Source: Acidimicrobiia bacterium
GTDB taxonomy: Bacteria > Actinomycetota > Acidimicrobiia > Acidimicrobiales > UBA8592
Assembly: GCA_963854265.1 (NCBI GenBank)
Contig: CAWKYX010000001.1
Span: forward strand, 396-64,395
Direction of reading: 5' to 3'
DNA: 64,000 nucleotides
Part shown: positions 62,788-64,000 of the stretch, in pieces
Layout of the letters: each line of letters starts with the position of its first letter
Position numbering within the stretch: position 1 is the stretch's first letter
The notes under the pieces: generated by a model
The model's database searches: none
What the model was told of the DNA's origin: nothing
The model's input: only the letters and a program-made list of their open reading frames with translations
Made by a program: the position numbers and the translations under genes

Positions 62788-64000
62788 ATGGACGTTTCGA
62801 ACAAGGGAACTCGCAGGAATCGGCCAGGACGGTGGTCAACGTTGTTGGCGCTGTTCATGGTTTTTGCGCTGATTGCCGCAGCTTGCGGTGATGACGATGA
62901 CGAACCTGCTGCTCAGCCATCGGGGGACTCGTCGAGTTCCGATGACTCATCAAGTTCGGACGATTCAAGTTCCGATGATTCAAGTTCCGATGATTCAAGT
63001 TCCGATGATTCAAGTTCCGATGATTCAAGTTCCGACGATTCAAGTTCGGATGATTCGTCCGGGTCTGACGATGGAGCGGAGCCGCCGGCTTCGGCGATCC
63101 CGGCAGAGGTCACCATTGCTCATAGCGGGCCTGTCCTTGCCGTAAACCCCGGTGGGCCAGGTCAGAACAACCTGCCATCGGTCGAGATCTTCTTCGCCAC
63201 CTACGACAGCCTGGTCAACTGGGCAATCCCCAGCGACCCCGACGAGCTCCTCTCGGCCGTTGGCGGGACCAACGCCGAGCAGGCCGAGCCCGAGCTGGCC
63301 GAGAGCTGGGATCTCGATGTTCTCGATGACGGCTCCGCTGTCTATACATTCCACCTGCGTGCCGGAGTCATGAGCGACTTTGGTCGTGAGATGACCGCCG
63401 AGGACGTGAAGTGGTCGATCGAGAAGGGGCTGACCGACGGCACCGGCGGCTTCTGGATGTTCGTCGGTGGCATGTGCGTGGCAGCGTTCGGTTGTCTCGA
63501 TGGGTCCGGGATAGAGGTCATCGATGACCTGACCGTGCAGTTCACCTTGGCAAGCAACGAAGACAAGTTCCTTCCCACCCTCGGGTCAGGTTGGTTGGTC
63601 ATCTATGACTCGGTCGAAGTGCTCAGCCACGCAACCGAAGAAGACCCCTCCGCTAACGAGTGGCTGAACCAGAACACCGCCGGCTTCGGTCCCTACCGCA
63701 TCGCGGACTTCGGACCTGGCGGCGAGTCTGTCACCCTCGAAGCTCGCGAGAACTACTGGGGCCAGCAACCTGCCCTGCAAACCGTTACCCAGCGCAGCGT
63801 CCCTGATGCCAACACTCGCCTCCAGTTGCTCCTGAGTGGCGATGCGGTCTATGCCGCTGAACTCGGCATCTTGGCCCTCGACGAGGTCCGGGCCACGGAC
63901 GCGGTGACGGTCACGGAGATTCCGACGACCACCGGCGCATTCTTGGCGCTGACGTTCGAACCACCGTTCGACGATCTCGCAGTGCGGGCCGCCATTGCCC
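62788..64000 (+). CDS. ABC transporter substrate-binding lipoprotein, family 5 (peptide/nickel type); 3' end lies outside the window
   Basis: This ORF is not in the ORF track because it has no stop inside the window. My own translation gives MDVSNKGTRRNRPGRWSTLLALFMVFALIAAAC (signal peptide plus lipobox-like Cys). That is followed by a (DSSSD)n linker and then SBP_5-like sequence (YTFHLRAGVMSDFGREMTAEDVKWSIEK...). Confidence 0.85.
   Translation, partial: MDVSNKGTRRNRPGRWSTLLALFMVFALIAAACGDDDDEPAAQPSGDSSSSDDSSSSDDSSSDDSSSDDSSSDDSSSDDSSSDDSSSDDSSGSDDGAEPPASAIPAEVTIAHSGPVLAVNPGGPGQNNLPSVEIFFATYDSLVNWAIPSDPDELLSAVGGTNAEQAEPELAESWDLDVLDDGSAVYTFHLRAGVMSDFGREMTAEDVKWSIEKGLTDGTGGFWMFVGGMCVAAFGCLDGSGIEVIDDLTVQFTLASNEDKFLPTLGSGWLVIYDSVEVLSHATEEDPSANEWLNQNTAGFGPYRIADFGPGGESVTLEARENYWGQQPALQTVTQRSVPDANTRLQLLLSGDAVYAAELGILALDEVRATDAVTVTEIPTTTGAFLALTFEPPFDDLAVRAAIA
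62941..63060 (+). repeat. 15-nt in-frame tandem repeat (GATTCAAGTTCCGAT)n encoding (DSSSD)n
   Basis: There are four identical units at 62962..63021, two units with one mismatch at 63022..63051, and degenerate copies on both flanks. Confidence 0.95.

Noticed and set aside
62855-63145. ORFs 62855..63043(-), 62873..63145(+) and 62913..63116(-), which have NHRNL, VPMIQ and ELESS repeats.
   Set aside because: They are alternative-frame readings of the 15-nt tandem repeat inside the SBP gene. The SBP frame has a signal peptide, a lipobox and family-5 SBP sequence on both sides of the repeat.
1-64000. CRISPR arrays, transposases, integrases, phage genes, rRNA or toxin-antitoxin pairs anywhere in the window.
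   Set aside because: None were seen. The only direct repeats are the short ones reported, and no ORF has transposase, recombinase or Cas-like motifs. The patchwork character of the island rests on two gene stubs and on paralogy, not on identifiable mobile elements.

Overview
GC-rich chromosomal segment that looks like Actinomycetota. The signs are many ATGA/GTGA stop-start overlaps, GTG/TTG starts, and F420-type LLM and PPOX-like enzymes. I see no rRNA, tRNA, CRISPR array, transposase or integrase. About 65 protein genes fill the window. Left edge: a LivJ/H/M-G/F-type ABC importer. Centre: a very dense CoA-thioester and oxygenase catabolic island. It holds 5 acyl-CoA synthetases, 3 family-III CoA-transferases, 2 two-gene MaoC hotdog hydratase pairs plus a single MaoC, 2 crotonases, a thiolase, an ACAD, 5 classical SDRs plus an extended SDR, 3 P450s, 2 Rieske oxygenases, 2 LLM oxidoreductases and 7 small NTF2/SnoaL-like proteins. 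Further right: a VTC/DUF4956 pair, two unusual alpha/beta-fold paralogues, and a GntR-associated block (HMG-CoA-lyase-like, MFS, GntR, isochorismatase-like, PEP-mutase/ICL-like). Right edge: a DppBCDF-type ABC importer whose binding protein runs off the window. Most notable finding: two ORFs listed separately (16393..16683 and 16705..16926) are one reading frame interrupted only by TGA inside a U-x-x-C motif, with a hairpin at SECIS-like spacing. This is a candidate selenoprotein of the UGSC-like type. It is translationally paired with an uncharacterised 353-aa protein. Other sequence-level observations: four places where short tandem duplications of a start region create ATGA-coupled mini-ORF relays between genes; a conserved 19-nt box upstream of three operons around the GntR gene; a 20-bp palindrome upstream of an LLM-TetR operon; a perfect in-frame 15-nt tandem repeat in the lipoprotein SBP; and two gene stubs marking rearrangement joints. 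All product calls come from motif recognition by eye. No database search was possible.
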